Assembly (NCBI GenBank): GCA_944377165.1 | Contig: CALWEJ010000004.1 | Span: 8,369 to 72,368 of the forward strand | Length of the DNA: 64,000 bases | DNA from: an uncultured Clostridia bacterium | GTDB taxonomy: Bacteria > Bacillota > Clostridia > Christensenellales > UBA1242 | Reading direction: 5' to 3' | In this document: positions 18,067 through 29,062 of the stretch, one piece after another | Position numbering within the stretch: position 1 is the stretch's first letter | How the letters are laid out: every line of letters begins with the position of its first letter | The notes under the pieces: generated by a model | Told to the model about the DNA's origin: nothing | Databases searched by the model: none | The model's input: only the letters and a program-made list of their open reading frames with translations | Position numbers and translations under genes: made by a program

Positions 18067-20194
18067 GGTCGCGCTTATTGGTAATCCGAATGTCGGCAAA
18101 TCAACTTTATTTAATTCTCTCACAAAATCAAGCGAGCATACAGGAAATTTCCACGGTGTGACAGTTGAAGAAAAACGAAAAATTATAAAATTCAATAATT
18201 CAGAATATGAGTTTATTGACTTGCCGGGAATGTATTCACTAAATTATTTTTCATTTGAAGAAAAGGTCGCACGCGATATTGTTGTAAATGAGAAAGCATA
18301 TCGTTTAGTAGTAGTTGACGCAAACTCAATAAAGCGTAATTTATATCTATGCTTGCAGTTAGACGAACTGAATTTAGACTACAAAATTTTAATCAACAAT
18401 TACGATTATTTTTCTAAAAATAAAAATACAATAAATATTGAAAAGTTATCTAAATTATTAAGCAAAGACATTGAAATAATCAATGCTAAAAAAATCAAGT
18501 TAAATGATAATTTATTAAAAAATTTAAAAATCAACAATAATTTTAATAAAAAAATCGATGAAAATCGTAATTTTTCAAATAATTTTCAAAATTTTAATAA
18601 AAATTTAATACATAACAATAATGAATTTAATTCAGATTTTAAAATAAAACCATACTTAATAGATATTGTAAATGAATTAAAATCTACTACAAATCTAGAC
18701 ATTAAATCAATAATTTATGCCCTAAATGGACTAGATATAGCAATAGATGAAAAGTACAAATCTATAATAAATAAATCAATAGAGCGCGCAATTAAAGCAC
18801 GTTATGATTATATTGATAAAGTTTTAAGCGAATGTGTGCATTTCAATAGAAACTATATTTATGGAAGTTCAAAGGCGGATAAATTTTTGTTAAATCCCTT
18901 TGTTATGACGATAGGGTTTTTAGCACTATTTTTGCTAAGCATTTATGTTATTTTTTTCCTTTTAGGACCAATTATCAGTGACGCATTAAATCTGCTACTT
19001 GACAAAATTTTATATACTCCGATTATGAACTTACTATATATGAATTTTGATAATCTATGGTTGATTGAATTTGTTGAGGGCGGAGTATTTTCTTCTTTTG
19101 CAACGGTTGTGAGTTTTCTACCGCAAGTCGTTTTGCTATTCATATTTTTAACACTTATTGAAGATAGTGGAATCATAGCGCGTATGGCTTATGTATTCGA
19201 TGATACTCTTTCAAGTTTTGGCTTAAATGGTAAGGCTGTTTATGTAATGCTAATGGGAATAGGGTGCAACACAATGTCGTGTATGGCTAGCAGAAATATG
19301 AATGGTAAAAATTTAAAAATCAAGACGGCGATACTTAATCCTTTTGTTAGTTGTATGGCGCGATTGCCCGTATTTGTTTTAATAGCTTCTGCATTTTTCA
19401 GTAAATTTGCGTTTTTAATTATTTCAGGATTATATATTTTAGGAATAGTACTTTTGCTCATAATTGCAAAGATATTAAACAAGACAATTTTGCCGACTAA
19501 GTCTAGCGAACTTTTGCTTGAATTTCCGCTACTTCGCGCACCTGACTTTAAACATATTTTAGTCGTAGCAAAGGTTAATGCAATAGATATGTTGAAGCGC
19601 GTGTTCACAATAGTGCTATCTGTTGGAATTATTGTATGGATACTAACTCATACAACATTTAAATTAATCTATACCGATACGATAACCGAAAGTATTTTAT
19701 TTAAGATTGCAGATAAAATCGATTTCATATTTACACCTATTGGGCTGAATTCTGCCGGAATTGTTTTAGCATTGATTGTAGGAATATTCGCTAAGGAAAT
19801 GATTTTATCCACCTTCTCAATATGCAACAATGCGCTCGACAATGCAAGTTTAATGCTCTCACTTTCACTTGCAACAAGTGTTATAAGTTTTACAAGCGCT
19901 AGCGCCCTATCATTTCTTATATTCTCATTAATTTACGCGCCTTGCATATCAACTATTGCAGTTATAAAAGCGGAAACAGGAAGATTCTATATGTGGCTAG
20001 GTATAATCGGAGAATTTACAATCGCATATATTTTATCATTCATCGTCTATCAAGCATTTACGCGCGGAATAGTATTCGCTTTAGTTAGTTGCATAATAAT
20101 TGCAATAATTTTATTTGCGGTGATTTATCTTATTAAACAAATTAAAAATAAAAAAATAAAATGCTTATTTTGTAGTAAATGTAATAGAAAATAA
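18059..20194 (+). CDS. feoB: Ferrous iron transporter FeoB
   Basis: G-domain GNPNVGKSTLFN and DLPG, followed by a polytopic membrane domain. A likely ATG at 18059 follows a GAGG RBS. The ORF track start is 18047. Confidence 0.9.
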   Translation: MYKVALIGNPNVGKSTLFNSLTKSSEHTGNFHGVTVEEKRKIIKFNNSEYEFIDLPGMYSLNYFSFEEKVARDIVVNEKAYRLVVVDANSIKRNLYLCLQLDELNLDYKILINNYDYFSKNKNTINIEKLSKLLSKDIEIINAKKIKLNDNLLKNLKINNNFNKKIDENRNFSNNFQNFNKNLIHNNNEFNSDFKIKPYLIDIVNELKSTTNLDIKSIIYALNGLDIAIDEKYKSIINKSIERAIKARYDYIDKVLSECVHFNRNYIYGSSKADKFLLNPFVMTIGFLALFLLSIYVIFFLLGPIISDALNLLLDKILYTPIMNLLYMNFDNLWLIEFVEGGVFSSFATVVSFLPQVVLLFIFLTLIEDSGIIARMAYVFDDTLSSFGLNGKAVYVMLMGIGCNTMSCMASRNMNGKNLKIKTAILNPFVSCMARLPVFVLIASAFFSKFAFLIISGLYILGIVLLLIIAKILNKTILPTKSSELLLEFPLLRAPDFKHILVVAKVNAIDMLKRVFTIVLSVGIIVWILTHTTFKLIYTDTITESILFKIADKIDFIFTPIGLNSAGIVLALIVGIFAKEMILSTFSICNNALDNASLMLSLSLATSVISFTSASALSFLIFSLIYAPCISTIAVIKAETGRFYMWLGIIGEFTIAYILSFIVYQAFTRGIVFALVSCIIIAIILFAVIYLIKQIKNKKIKCLFCSKCNRK

Positions 20195-20241
20195 ATAAAA
20201 AATGGGTTGAAAAGTTTTTTCTTATTTGCTATAATGAGAAT

Positions 20242-21558
20242 ATGAAGAAACCATTAGTTGCAATAGTAGGTAAGCCAAATGTTGGCAAATCAACATTTTT
20301 CAATAAAATCGCAGGCGGAAAAATTAGTATAGTTGAGGACGTTCCCGGTGTCACTAGGGATAGAATTTTTGCCAACGCAGAGTGGTGCGGATATTCGTTC
20401 CAAATAGTTGATACAGGCGGATTAGACTTTAATAAAGAAGATGAAATTAATAAACGAATAATAGAGCAAGCAAATCTTGCCATAGATTTAGCAGACGTTA
20501 TCGTCTTTTTCGTTGACGGTAAAGAGGGATTAACTGCACAGGACTTAGAAGTCGCTAATCACTTACGTAGAGCGAAAGCACCTAAAATTGTCGCCGTAAA
20601 TAAACTTGATAATTATGAAAAGGATAAAATTTATGACTTTTACGAGTTGGGCTTAGGCGACCCTATCGCAATATCGGCTGAGCAAAGTAAAGGTATAGGA
20701 GATTTGCTTGACGAAATAGTTAAATATATTAAAAAAATTGAAGTTTCAAAAGAAAGCGACGATGTAAAAATCGCGCTAGTTGGAAAACCTAATGCAGGAA
20801 AATCTTCTATAACAAACCGCTTGTTAGGTGAAGATAGAGTAGTAGTTAGTTCGGTGGCGGGCACTACTCGTGACGCGATTGACACTCCTTTTAGATGGAA
20901 CAATAAAGATTATTGCCTAATAGATACAGCAGGACTTAGACGGAAATCGAAAATCGAACCAGATAGCATTGAGCGATATAGTGTAATTAGAAGTTTGAAC
21001 GCAATAGAGCGCTGTGATGTCGCAGTTATTGTTATTGACGCAAGTGAAGGCATAACAGAGCAGGACGTACGCATCGCAGGGCTTGTGCACGAACAGGGCA
21101 AACCAAGTGTGATTGTAGTAAATAAGTGGGATTTAATCGAAAATAGCGAAGAAAAGCGCAAGGCATTCGAAAAGCAATTTGAAGTTGACCTAGCATTTAT
21201 GAAATATTATGTGACAGTCTATGTATCTAGTGTCACAGGGCAGAGGATAGGCAAAATTATGGAAATGGTTGACTATGTTCTTACCAATGCAAAACGCGAA
21301 ATACCTATGGCGCTATTCAACAATGTGCTTACTAATGCTATAAGTGTGACAGAACCACCATCTAAAAACGGTAAACGTTTAAAAATCATTTTTGGTAAAC
21401 AAGTGGCGACCTGTCCGCCTACTTTTGAAATTTATTGCAACAACTCTGCACTTGTAGAAAATTCTTATATTCGATATTTGGAAAATAGTCTTCGCAGAGC
21501 ATTTGATTTCAAAGGAACACCTATCAAAGTGGTATTTAAAAATAAAAATGAAGATTAA
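20242..21558 (+). CDS. der: Ribosome-associated GTPase Der (EngA)
   Basis: Two tandem GTPase domains (GKPNVGKST and GKPNAGKSS, DTGG/DTAG, NKLD/NKWD) plus a KH-like C-terminus. Confidence 0.93.
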   Translation: MKKPLVAIVGKPNVGKSTFFNKIAGGKISIVEDVPGVTRDRIFANAEWCGYSFQIVDTGGLDFNKEDEINKRIIEQANLAIDLADVIVFFVDGKEGLTAQDLEVANHLRRAKAPKIVAVNKLDNYEKDKIYDFYELGLGDPIAISAEQSKGIGDLLDEIVKYIKKIEVSKESDDVKIALVGKPNAGKSSITNRLLGEDRVVVSSVAGTTRDAIDTPFRWNNKDYCLIDTAGLRRKSKIEPDSIERYSVIRSLNAIERCDVAVIVIDASEGITEQDVRIAGLVHEQGKPSVIVVNKWDLIENSEEKRKAFEKQFEVDLAFMKYYVTVYVSSVTGQRIGKIMEMVDYVLTNAKREIPMALFNNVLTNAISVTEPPSKNGKRLKIIFGKQVATCPPTFEIYCNNSALVENSYIRYLENSLRRAFDFKGTPIKVVFKNKNED

Positions 21559-21667
21559 TTCTATTTTATCATTTAGCGAATAGAATTATGTTAAATATTA
21601 ATAAAAATATAAATTACCATATTGACAACCTTAAATTTTTAAATATAATATTTAAAAAGGTGTAAAT

Positions 21668-22441
21668 ATGGAGTATATAAACATTACAACTAATAAAAGA
21701 AAAATATCTTTAATAAAAAAGACTGAATTAATGGCTAAATATAGAAATATTTATAAAGCATTTTGCCCTAATATGCATAAGTTAACTAATGAAGGATACC
21801 AAGTGTATTTGGAATCTATTAATCAGGGGGACAAAGAGTCAAGAGTTAAGTTATTAAATGCTATGTTAATAAATATCTTTGAAACATTAGCAAATATTTA
21901 TGTCAACATTGATTTAGCAACACCGTTCGAAGATAATATAAGTTTTGCTTATGAAGTGTATTATGATAGGATTATGAAATGTGACGAATTTCCTAAAAGC
22001 ATTTCTAAGTTAACTTCAAGCACTGGCAAAATACTATTTCACCGTATTTGTCATAATGACGAATTCTATAAAAAACACAATATTGACCTTGAATTTGAAG
22101 ATATTGAAAGTAATGTCGATACAATTAAGGTCAACGAAAATAATGAATTTTATGATGTTATTTTTAACAATGATTTAAAAGAATTCTTAATAAGTCAAAT
22201 AAATAAAATTCATCAAGCTTCAACTAATCCTAATGACAATCATCAAAAGAAAGATTATCAAAGGCAAGTAGTATTAGATTATTTTGGGCTGTTAGACGGA
22301 GATATAGATAAAACGTTAAAAACTTTAGCAAAGACTTATAATGTGTCATCAGAAAGGATAAGAAAAATAATTAACATTTATTTTAGAAAACTAAGCAGCA
22401 GGCTTTTGCACAGATATTCAAAAGAGTATTTAAATTTTTAG
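21668..22441 (+). CDS. Divergent sigma-70-like protein (region 4 HTH recognisable)
   Basis: The C-terminus VVLDYFGLLDG...TLKTLAKTYNVSSERIRKIINIYFRKL matches the sigma-70 region 4 pattern. The N-terminal part is very divergent. Confidence 0.45.
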   Translation: MEYINITTNKRKISLIKKTELMAKYRNIYKAFCPNMHKLTNEGYQVYLESINQGDKESRVKLLNAMLINIFETLANIYVNIDLATPFEDNISFAYEVYYDRIMKCDEFPKSISKLTSSTGKILFHRICHNDEFYKKHNIDLEFEDIESNVDTIKVNENNEFYDVIFNNDLKEFLISQINKIHQASTNPNDNHQKKDYQRQVVLDYFGLLDGDIDKTLKTLAKTYNVSSERIRKIINIYFRKLSSRLLHRYSKEYLNF

Positions 22442-22692
22442 AAATAAATTAAATAATTTAAATAAAGCTTTCTAACTTTATAATATGTTATAATTAAATT
22501 AATGTAAATTATAAACTAATAAACAAATAGATATATACTAATTTAACTGCTAATACAATTATAATTGCATAATTTATAAGTAAGCATAAAAATCTTTCGA
22601 TAATCTAAAAGATCATACTAATGTTAAAAGAAAGCAATAATAGAACAATTAAATTAAAAAATCTCGCTTCTTGCGAGTTTTTTAATGTCTAT

Positions 22693-22947
22693 TTATAAAA
22701 TAGTAGGTTCATATGAGGATTTTCTTTTATCAATTCCAGATATATGCGCTAGCCATTTTTTAGTAAGAGCTTTATCTAACGTATCATTAACATAGACGTA
22801 ATCTTTAGAAAACTCTATTTCAATTTTTTCACCATTCTTATTAATAATAATCTTTACACTATCATCATAAGATTTAAATGAATGCACATCTAGATTGAAC
22901 TCATTTCCTATAAATTTTTGAATAATATCAAAAGATAATTCTTCCAT
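22693..22947 (-). CDS. Hypothetical small protein (84 aa)
   Basis: Strong AGGAG RBS with a terminator hairpin downstream. No motif recognised. Confidence 0.5.
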   Translation of the reverse strand: MEELSFDIIQKFIGNEFNLDVHSFKSYDDSVKIIINKNGEKIEIEFSKDYVYVNDTLDKALTKKWLAHISGIDKRKSSYEPTIL

Positions 22948-23032
22948 AATTTATCTCCTAAGAATATATTAACATAAAATTTTTAATTGTCAATATAAAA
23001 CTTTTAAAATTTCTTGCTTTATTTTCATTGAA

Positions 23033-23746
23033 GTGATAAAATCTATAAAAATGCAGTACTTATATTATATAATTTTAGCGATTGTTAGTTATTTTATCGG
23101 CAACATTAATTTTGCTCGTGTTATTTCACGCGTGAAGCACGGCGACGTCACAAAGTCCGGGAGTGGTAATCCGGGGACTCTTAATATGTGGAGGACATTC
23201 GGCTTCTGGCCCGGAGTTTGTACTTTTTTATTAGATATGATTAAAGGTGTTATACCTACACTTGTCGCTTTTTTAACATTTGAATATATTGGTTGCAGTG
23301 CGGAGATTGCAATGTATGTGGCTGGGTTTAGTGTCATTTTAGGGCATATTTTCCCTATAATATTCAAATTTAAGGGCGGTAAAGGTATTGCAACATCGGT
23401 TGGTGTTTTCTTAGTCGCTAATTGGTGGTGCGCGTTAATCGTCTTTCTTGTTATGATTATTTGTATGCTGTTTATTAAGTATGCTTCAATTCTTACAATA
23501 GGCTTTGTAGTGGTTATGTCTATCGTTGAGATTTGCCTTACTAATCCGATAAATTGGGTTAATTATATACTAATTAGCGGAATATTATTGCTCGTTTTGT
23601 ATGCTCATAGGTCAAATCTAAAGAAATTGTTTACAGGCAAGGAAAACAAAACCGAATTGCTTGCTATGGTTAAATCAATAGGCAAGAAAAAAGATTCGAC
23701 TAATTCAACGGATAATGAAAATAATACGAGCGAGAATACGAAATAA
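23033..23746 (+). CDS. plsY: Glycerol-3-phosphate acyltransferase PlsY
   Basis: GSGNPGTLN and FKGGKGIAT motifs with multiple TM helices. The true start may be the ATG at 23051. Confidence 0.88.
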   Translation: MIKSIKMQYLYYIILAIVSYFIGNINFARVISRVKHGDVTKSGSGNPGTLNMWRTFGFWPGVCTFLLDMIKGVIPTLVAFLTFEYIGCSAEIAMYVAGFSVILGHIFPIIFKFKGGKGIATSVGVFLVANWWCALIVFLVMIICMLFIKYASILTIGFVVVMSIVEICLTNPINWVNYILISGILLLVLYAHRSNLKKLFTGKENKTELLAMVKSIGKKKDSTNSTDNENNTSENTK

Positions 23747-23773
23747 ATTTTTGTTTTAGACAATATAAAATAT

Positions 23774-24553
23774 ATGATAGATACACATTGCCATCTTAAT
23801 GACGATAAATTAAAAGACGACTTAGATAAAGTCGTCAATAATTTTTTATCGGCAGGCGTAGATAATGCAATTTGCGTAGGTTGGGATTTTGGGTCAAGTA
23901 TAGAAGCAAAAGACATTTCAGACAAATACTCTTGTGTCTATTATGCTATAGGAGTGCACCCAGACGAATGCAATAGTTTTAATTATGAAGATATGGACGC
24001 ATTAATAAAAAAATGTCTAAGCGAAAGTAAAAATAAACTTGTGGCAATAGGGGAGATAGGATTAGATTATTATCACAATACTGAAAACAAAGAAAAACAA
24101 AAGCAAGTATTTGTTTCTCAAATAAATTTAGCAAAAAAATATAATTTACCTATAATAATTCATTGCAGAGATGCATATGGCGATATGTTAGAAATTTTGA
24201 AGGCAAATGCACCTTTTTCTTCCGGAGTGGTATTCCATTGCTATAGTGGGAGCTTAGAATATGCTCAGATTCTAATTAAAATGGGGATAAAAATTTCATT
24301 TACAGGCACGGTCACTTACAAAAACGCACATAATGTTCAAGCGGTTGCAACTAATCTTCCGCTGTCGAGTATCTTTTTCGAAACGGACAGCCCTTATTTA
24401 TCTCCAGTACCGCATAGAGGAGAGCGAAATGAACCTAAAAATGTTGTTGACATAGCTAAGTTTGTGGCAGATTTGCGCGGAATAGAAGTAGATGAATTAA
24501 TAAATATAACTAATAATAATGCGAGAGAGTTTTTTAAATTAATGAAAAAATAA
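23774..24553 (+). CDS. tatD: TatD-family metal-dependent hydrolase/DNase
   Basis: IDTHCHL start motif, GEIGLDY, IIHCRDA and ETDSPYL. Confidence 0.9.
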   Translation: MIDTHCHLNDDKLKDDLDKVVNNFLSAGVDNAICVGWDFGSSIEAKDISDKYSCVYYAIGVHPDECNSFNYEDMDALIKKCLSESKNKLVAIGEIGLDYYHNTENKEKQKQVFVSQINLAKKYNLPIIIHCRDAYGDMLEILKANAPFSSGVVFHCYSGSLEYAQILIKMGIKISFTGTVTYKNAHNVQAVATNLPLSSIFFETDSPYLSPVPHRGERNEPKNVVDIAKFVADLRGIEVDELINITNNNAREFFKLMKK

Positions 24554-24593
24554 TGCTTACTATAATCTTTATGATTATTTCAGCATTATTTTT

Positions 24594-25571
24594 TTAGTCA
24601 ATACGGGTTTCTTCTATCGTAGTTGGTTCACTTTTTTCTAAAATGTTGTTTACTTCGTTTGTAATATTTGATAGTAAACGTACTTTTTCTTCATTATCTA
24701 AATTAGAATCATTAAGTTCTTTAGCGGTCTTTTTAGCGCGATTTAGAGCCCTTGTCACTAAATTCGCAACTTTTTTCTTTTTATTCGCAATATCTATTTT
24801 CTTGTAAAGAATTTCTTTATATTTTTTATCATATTTATTAGCAAGAATTATATTAAGAACAGCATTTACAAAAACATCTTTACTAAACAATTCATCTTTG
24901 ACTTTTTCTAAGTTGTCGATAGATGCATTTATAAGTGCAAGCGCTTTAGTAATAGAGTCTTTGTTCTTTATAATTCTACCACTTAAATCTGCTAGATAAA
25001 TAGGACCATCTTTTTCTTTACGTACTTGTATGTATCCGTCTTTGTAATCGCCAACAATACAATAAAATTCTTCACCTAAATCGCCTAACATATTTCTGAA
25101 TTGGAACTTTCCGCGCTTATTCTTTTCAACTAGTCCATAGTAAGGTAAGTATCTACTATAATTTGTTGCAAAATAAAATTTTTCGCTTAAAATGCCATTA
25201 GTGTCGCGATATTGATATTTTCCGCCTTCCTTTTTCTGAACAACAGCATTAAAGTTATAATAGTTATCCGCTTTATTGTATGAATCTTCACTTAAATTAA
25301 AGTCTAAATCAAAGAATCTATATGGATATTTTGTGCCCCAAGATGGAACGACTACAGCAATACCAGCGATAGAGAAGTCGCTAGCAGATTTAAAAGTACG
25401 GCTTACATAAAACGTATTGTTTGTTTTTGCTTGTTCGCTCATAGGACGCTTAATAGTATAGAAATAGCCACCTAAATTTTCATTGTTTGACAAATATAAC
25501 TTTAAGCTGTCAATTTTAGTATTTTTATCTTTATAATTAAAATTTCGATTTGTATAACTCCAAACTAACAT
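24594..25571 (-). CDS. WG/KWG-repeat-like protein with C-terminal coiled coil
   Basis: Repeated G(K/G)(Y/F)Q(Y/F)R(D/N)..G.L.E.FY units resemble WG-containing repeats. A GGAG RBS is present. Confidence 0.45.
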   Translation of the reverse strand: MLVWSYTNRNFNYKDKNTKIDSLKLYLSNNENLGGYFYTIKRPMSEQAKTNNTFYVSRTFKSASDFSIAGIAVVVPSWGTKYPYRFFDLDFNLSEDSYNKADNYYNFNAVVQKKEGGKYQYRDTNGILSEKFYFATNYSRYLPYYGLVEKNKRGKFQFRNMLGDLGEEFYCIVGDYKDGYIQVRKEKDGPIYLADLSGRIIKNKDSITKALALINASIDNLEKVKDELFSKDVFVNAVLNIILANKYDKKYKEILYKKIDIANKKKKVANLVTRALNRAKKTAKELNDSNLDNEEKVRLLSNITNEVNNILEKSEPTTIEETRID

Positions 25572-25702
25572 AATTTCTCCAGTGATGCTACATTATATTG
25601 TATAATGTATGTTTTGTCAATATGTAATTTAACATAAAATAAAAAATGAAGAATGAGTTAAATCCCATTCTTCACCATCCAAAGTGGATGAAAGCATTTA
25701 GG

Positions 25703-26048
25703 TGGCAGTTTGGTCTATAAGCCGAGTTCTGTATTTGACGGTCATCTATCTAGTACATAAATTGCTCTATGTATCCAGCGGTGTTTATGTCCCGGCGAGC
25801 AACCATAATGGACATTTTACCTTGCTTCAGGTGGGGTTTACACGGACCAAGTTTGTCGCCAAACTCGCGGTGAGCTCTTGCCTCGCCTTTTCATCCTTAC
25901 TAACCACTCAGGGGTATAGCGGTTATTTTCTGTTGCACTTTCCTTCTAGTCACCTAGACTTGCCGTTAGCAAGCACCTTGCTCTATGAAGCTCGGACTTT
26001 CCTCAAACTGAGCTTTCACTCAACTTGCGACCATCTGACCAAGCTGAC
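25703..26048 (-). ncRNA. rnpB: RNase P RNA (rnpB)
   Basis: The minus strand carries the universal P4 elements GAGGAAAGTCCGAGC and ACAGAACTCGGCTTA, plus ACAGAAAATAACC. The region is GC-enriched relative to its flanks. A promoter lies upstream and a terminator downstream. End coordinates are approximate (+/-5 nt). Confidence 0.85.
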
Positions 26049-26054
26049 AATTAT

Positions 26055-26082
26055 ATTGTAGCACGTTTTTTTTATTTGTCAA
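26055..26082 (-). promoter_or_regulatory. Promoter for rnpB
   Basis: On the minus strand, TTGACA (26077-26082), a 16-nt spacer, then TACAAT (26055-60). This places the start near the predicted P1 5' end. Confidence 0.55.
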
Positions 26083-26165
26083 TACCCATTTTTAAAATTT
26101 TTTAAATTTGTCAAACTAATATAGTTTATTGCATTAGATTACAAAATCTTTGAATTTGTGATAAA

Positions 26166-26870
26166 TTAGGGGTCAATATTGAATTCTTTAAACTCTGTTT
26201 GCAAAAGCTTAATTGCTTTGCCTTCTATACGCGATATGTAGCTTCTACTAATATTCATTATTTGTGCGACCTCCTGCTGAGTATGCTCAATTCCGTCCAT
26301 AAGGCCATATCTAAGTGCAACTATCTTGAATTCTCTTTCATCAAGATGTTTTTCCATTTTATCTTTAATTTGTTCGATATATACGCGCTTAACCACAATT
26401 TTGTCTGGGTCGTCTTCTTCTTTTTGCGGTATAATATCACGCAAAGTAAGTTCACTTCCGTCTTTATCCGTGCCTATAGTTTCGTCTATACTCATACACA
26501 CTTTGTGTTTTTTATTAGCGCGAAGGAGCATTAATATTTCATTTTCTATACATCGGCTAGCATAGGTTGATAACTGCGAGCCCTTGTCTGGTTTAAATGA
26601 GTCTATGGCTTTAATAAGTCCGATTGAGCCAACAGAAATTAAATCATCAGCTTCGGCAGATTGACTATATTTTTTTGCCACGTGTACAACTAACCTAAGG
26701 TTATGATTAATTAATTTTTCTCTAGCGGATTTATCTCCAGATAACATTTGTTCTACTAATTTTTCTTCTTCGTCGTGTTTTAAAGGTTTAGGAAAACATC
26801 CTGCTTCATTTACGTACCCGTGAAAAAACATTAATTTGGACATAAATTGCCCTAAAGTTTCAAATACCAT
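26166..26870 (-). CDS. sigK: Sporulation sigma factor, SigK-like (pro-sigma; SigE not excluded)
   Basis: GYVNEAGCFPKPL after a ~20-aa hydrophobic pro-sequence, then HNLRLVVHVAKKY, YASRCIENEILM and ISRSYISRIE. It is monocistronic, with no spoIIGA upstream. The start at 26870 follows GGAG. The ORF track start is 26909. Confidence 0.7.
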   Translation of the reverse strand: MVFETLGQFMSKLMFFHGYVNEAGCFPKPLKHDEEEKLVEQMLSGDKSAREKLINHNLRLVVHVAKKYSQSAEADDLISVGSIGLIKAIDSFKPDKGSQLSTYASRCIENEILMLLRANKKHKVCMSIDETIGTDKDGSELTLRDIIPQKEEDDPDKIVVKRVYIEQIKDKMEKHLDEREFKIVALRYGLMDGIEHTQQEVAQIMNISRSYISRIEGKAIKLLQTEFKEFNIDP

Positions 26871-27104
26871 ATATAACTCCATTAGTTTATATGCCGAAAA
26901 CTGTCGCAATTTGTCTGTCCATAAGAAATATGATTATCTAAATAATTTAAAAGTAAAGTTATACTTTATATTAATTAAAAATAATTATGGAATATTTAAT
27001 AAATAATGAGTTCGTTTAAGAGAATCGATTGTTTCAATAAAAAAGCAAATGTTATTCATTTTATTTTTTTGACAACAATTAATCGTTTTGCTATAATAAA
27101 AGTT

Positions 27105-28904
27105 ATGGATAGACAGAGTAAAATACGTAATTTTTGCATTGTAGCGCATATTGACCACGGCAAATCTACACTTGCAGATAGATTAATGGAGAAGACAGGG
27201 GCAGTAAGTGCACGCGATATGGAAGACCAATTACTGGATAGTATGGATATTGAACGCGAACGCGGAATAACTATAAAACTAACTCCAGCCACTATGAAAT
27301 ATAAATATAATGGGGAAGAATATACCCTTAACTTGATTGATACTCCGGGGCACGTTGACTTTTCGTACGAGGTAAGTCGTTCGCTTGCTGCGTGTGAAGG
27401 GGCATTGTTAGTAGTTGACGCGAGTCAAGGAGTACAAGCGCAGACTCTTGCTAACGTTTATCTTGCACTTGATGCGAATCTTGAGATAGTACCCGTACTT
27501 AATAAAATCGACTTACCTAGCGCGGACGTAGAGGGGACCAAGAAAGAGATTGAAGACATTATAGGAATACCGTGCGACAATGCTTGTGAGATAAGTGCCA
27601 AAACAGGTTTAAACATTGAAAGTGTATTAAATGCTATAGTTAACGAGATACCAGCGCCTAAAGGTAATATTGACGCACCGCTAAAAGCACTGATATTTGA
27701 TAGTTTTTACGATAGCTATAAAGGCGCGGTAAGTATGGTACGCGTTTTTGACGGAAAAGTGAAAACTGGCGACGAAATTTTATTTATGCAGACAGGCAAA
27801 AGTTTCGTAGTGACAGAAGTTGGAATATTTGCACCACAGCAAATAGCAGTTGAAGAATTGTCTGCAGGAGATGTAGGCTATATTTGTGCTTCGATAAAAA
27901 CAGTTAGTGATACCAAGGTCGGCGATACTATAACTATAAAAAATAATCCGTTAGAAAAAGCACTTGACGGCTATAAGGAAGCGACTAGTGTTGTATTCTG
28001 CGGAATATTCCCAGTTGACGGCGACAAATATCAAGAGTTAAACGACGCGTTAGAGAAATTAAGATTAAATGATGCTAGTATTCATTTTACTAAAGAAACA
28101 TCGCTCGCGTTAGGTCACGGGTTCAGGTGCGGATTCTTAGGGCTTTTGCATATGGAAATAATTACCGAGCGATTAGAGCGCGAATTTAACCTAGATATTA
28201 TTACCACCGCACCAAGTGTAGAATATAAGATATATGACAATAAAGGTAAAGAATACGACGTCACTAATCCTAGCGAAATGCCACCTATGGCATCAATAAC
28301 ACGTATGGAAGAACCTATTGTAAAAATGGAAATAATTACACCTAAGGACTATTTGGGCGGAATAATGGACTTGTGCTCAGACAGGAGAGGGACATTCCAC
28401 GATATGCAATATATTGATGCGAACAGAACGCGATTGATATATACGATGCCACTAAATGAAATTGTATATGATTTCTTCGATAAAATTAAATCTATAAGCA
28501 AGGGCTATGCAAGTATGGACTATGAGTTAAGCGGTTATCAAGAGAGCGACCTCGTCAAATTGGACATATTGTTAAATGGTGAAATTTGCGATGCACTTTC
28601 ATTAATTGTCCATAAAGATAAAGCATACGCGCGCGGACGTGCATTGTGTGAAAAATTAAAGGCGGTTATACCGCGCCATTTGTTTGAAATACCTATTCAG
28701 GCAGTCATTGGCGGTAAAGTCATTGCACGCGAAACAATTTCTGCAATGCGAAAAGATGTGCTTGCTAAATGCTACGGCGGAGATGTGACGCGTAAACGTA
28801 AACTATTGGAAAAACAAAAAGAAGGTAAGAAACGTATGCGTAAATTAGGAAGTGTTGAACTCCCTAGCGAAGCATTCGTGACTATACTTAAACTAGATGA
28901 TTAG
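27105..28904 (+). CDS. lepA: Translation elongation factor 4 (LepA)
   Basis: [34 protein letters not shown] and the LepA C-terminal domain. Starting at the ATG at 27105 gives the canonical ~599 aa. Confidence 0.93.
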   Translation: MDRQSKIRNFCIVAHIDHGKSTLADRLMEKTGAVSARDMEDQLLDSMDIERERGITIKLTPATMKYKYNGEEYTLNLIDTPGHVDFSYEVSRSLAACEGALLVVDASQGVQAQTLANVYLALDANLEIVPVLNKIDLPSADVEGTKKEIEDIIGIPCDNACEISAKTGLNIESVLNAIVNEIPAPKGNIDAPLKALIFDSFYDSYKGAVSMVRVFDGKVKTGDEILFMQTGKSFVVTEVGIFAPQQIAVEELSAGDVGYICASIKTVSDTKVGDTITIKNNPLEKALDGYKEATSVVFCGIFPVDGDKYQELNDALEKLRLNDASIHFTKETSLALGHGFRCGFLGLLHMEIITERLEREFNLDIITTAPSVEYKIYDNKGKEYDVTNPSEMPPMASITRMEEPIVKMEIITPKDYLGGIMDLCSDRRGTFHDMQYIDANRTRLIYTMPLNEIVYDFFDKIKSISKGYASMDYELSGYQESDLVKLDILLNGEICDALSLIVHKDKAYARGRALCEKLKAVIPRHLFEIPIQAVIGGKVIARETISAMRKDVLAKCYGGDVTRKRKLLEKQKEGKKRMRKLGSVELPSEAFVTILKLDD

Positions 28905-29062
28905 TTAATGCGTATTTTACGATAAATAATCATATTTAAGTTTATTAATAATTTACTGACAAGTAAAAAAATATTAAAATTTTTAAGGTTTTTACTTATA
29001 CGAAAAAACGGTGATTTTAATAATCACCGTTTTTTGAAAAATATTTTTTAATATTGCTTAAA

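Noticed and set aside
25702-26061. 119-aa plus-strand ORF in the track
   Set aside because: It lies entirely antisense to the RNase P RNA gene, which carries the GAGGAAAGTCCG and ACAGAACTCGGCTTA P4 elements on the minus strand. The open frame is a by-product of the GC-richer structured RNA.
26166-26909. Possibility that the sigK-like gene is interrupted by a skin-type element, as in B. subtilis or C. difficile
   Set aside because: The ORF is continuous through all four sigma regions and the HTH, so there is no intervening element here.
27006-27104. 33-codon N-terminal extension of lepA in the ORF track
   Set aside because: The extension is hydrophobic nonsense with no RBS. The ATG at 27105 gives the conserved LepA N-terminus (…[16 protein letters not shown]) and the canonical length.
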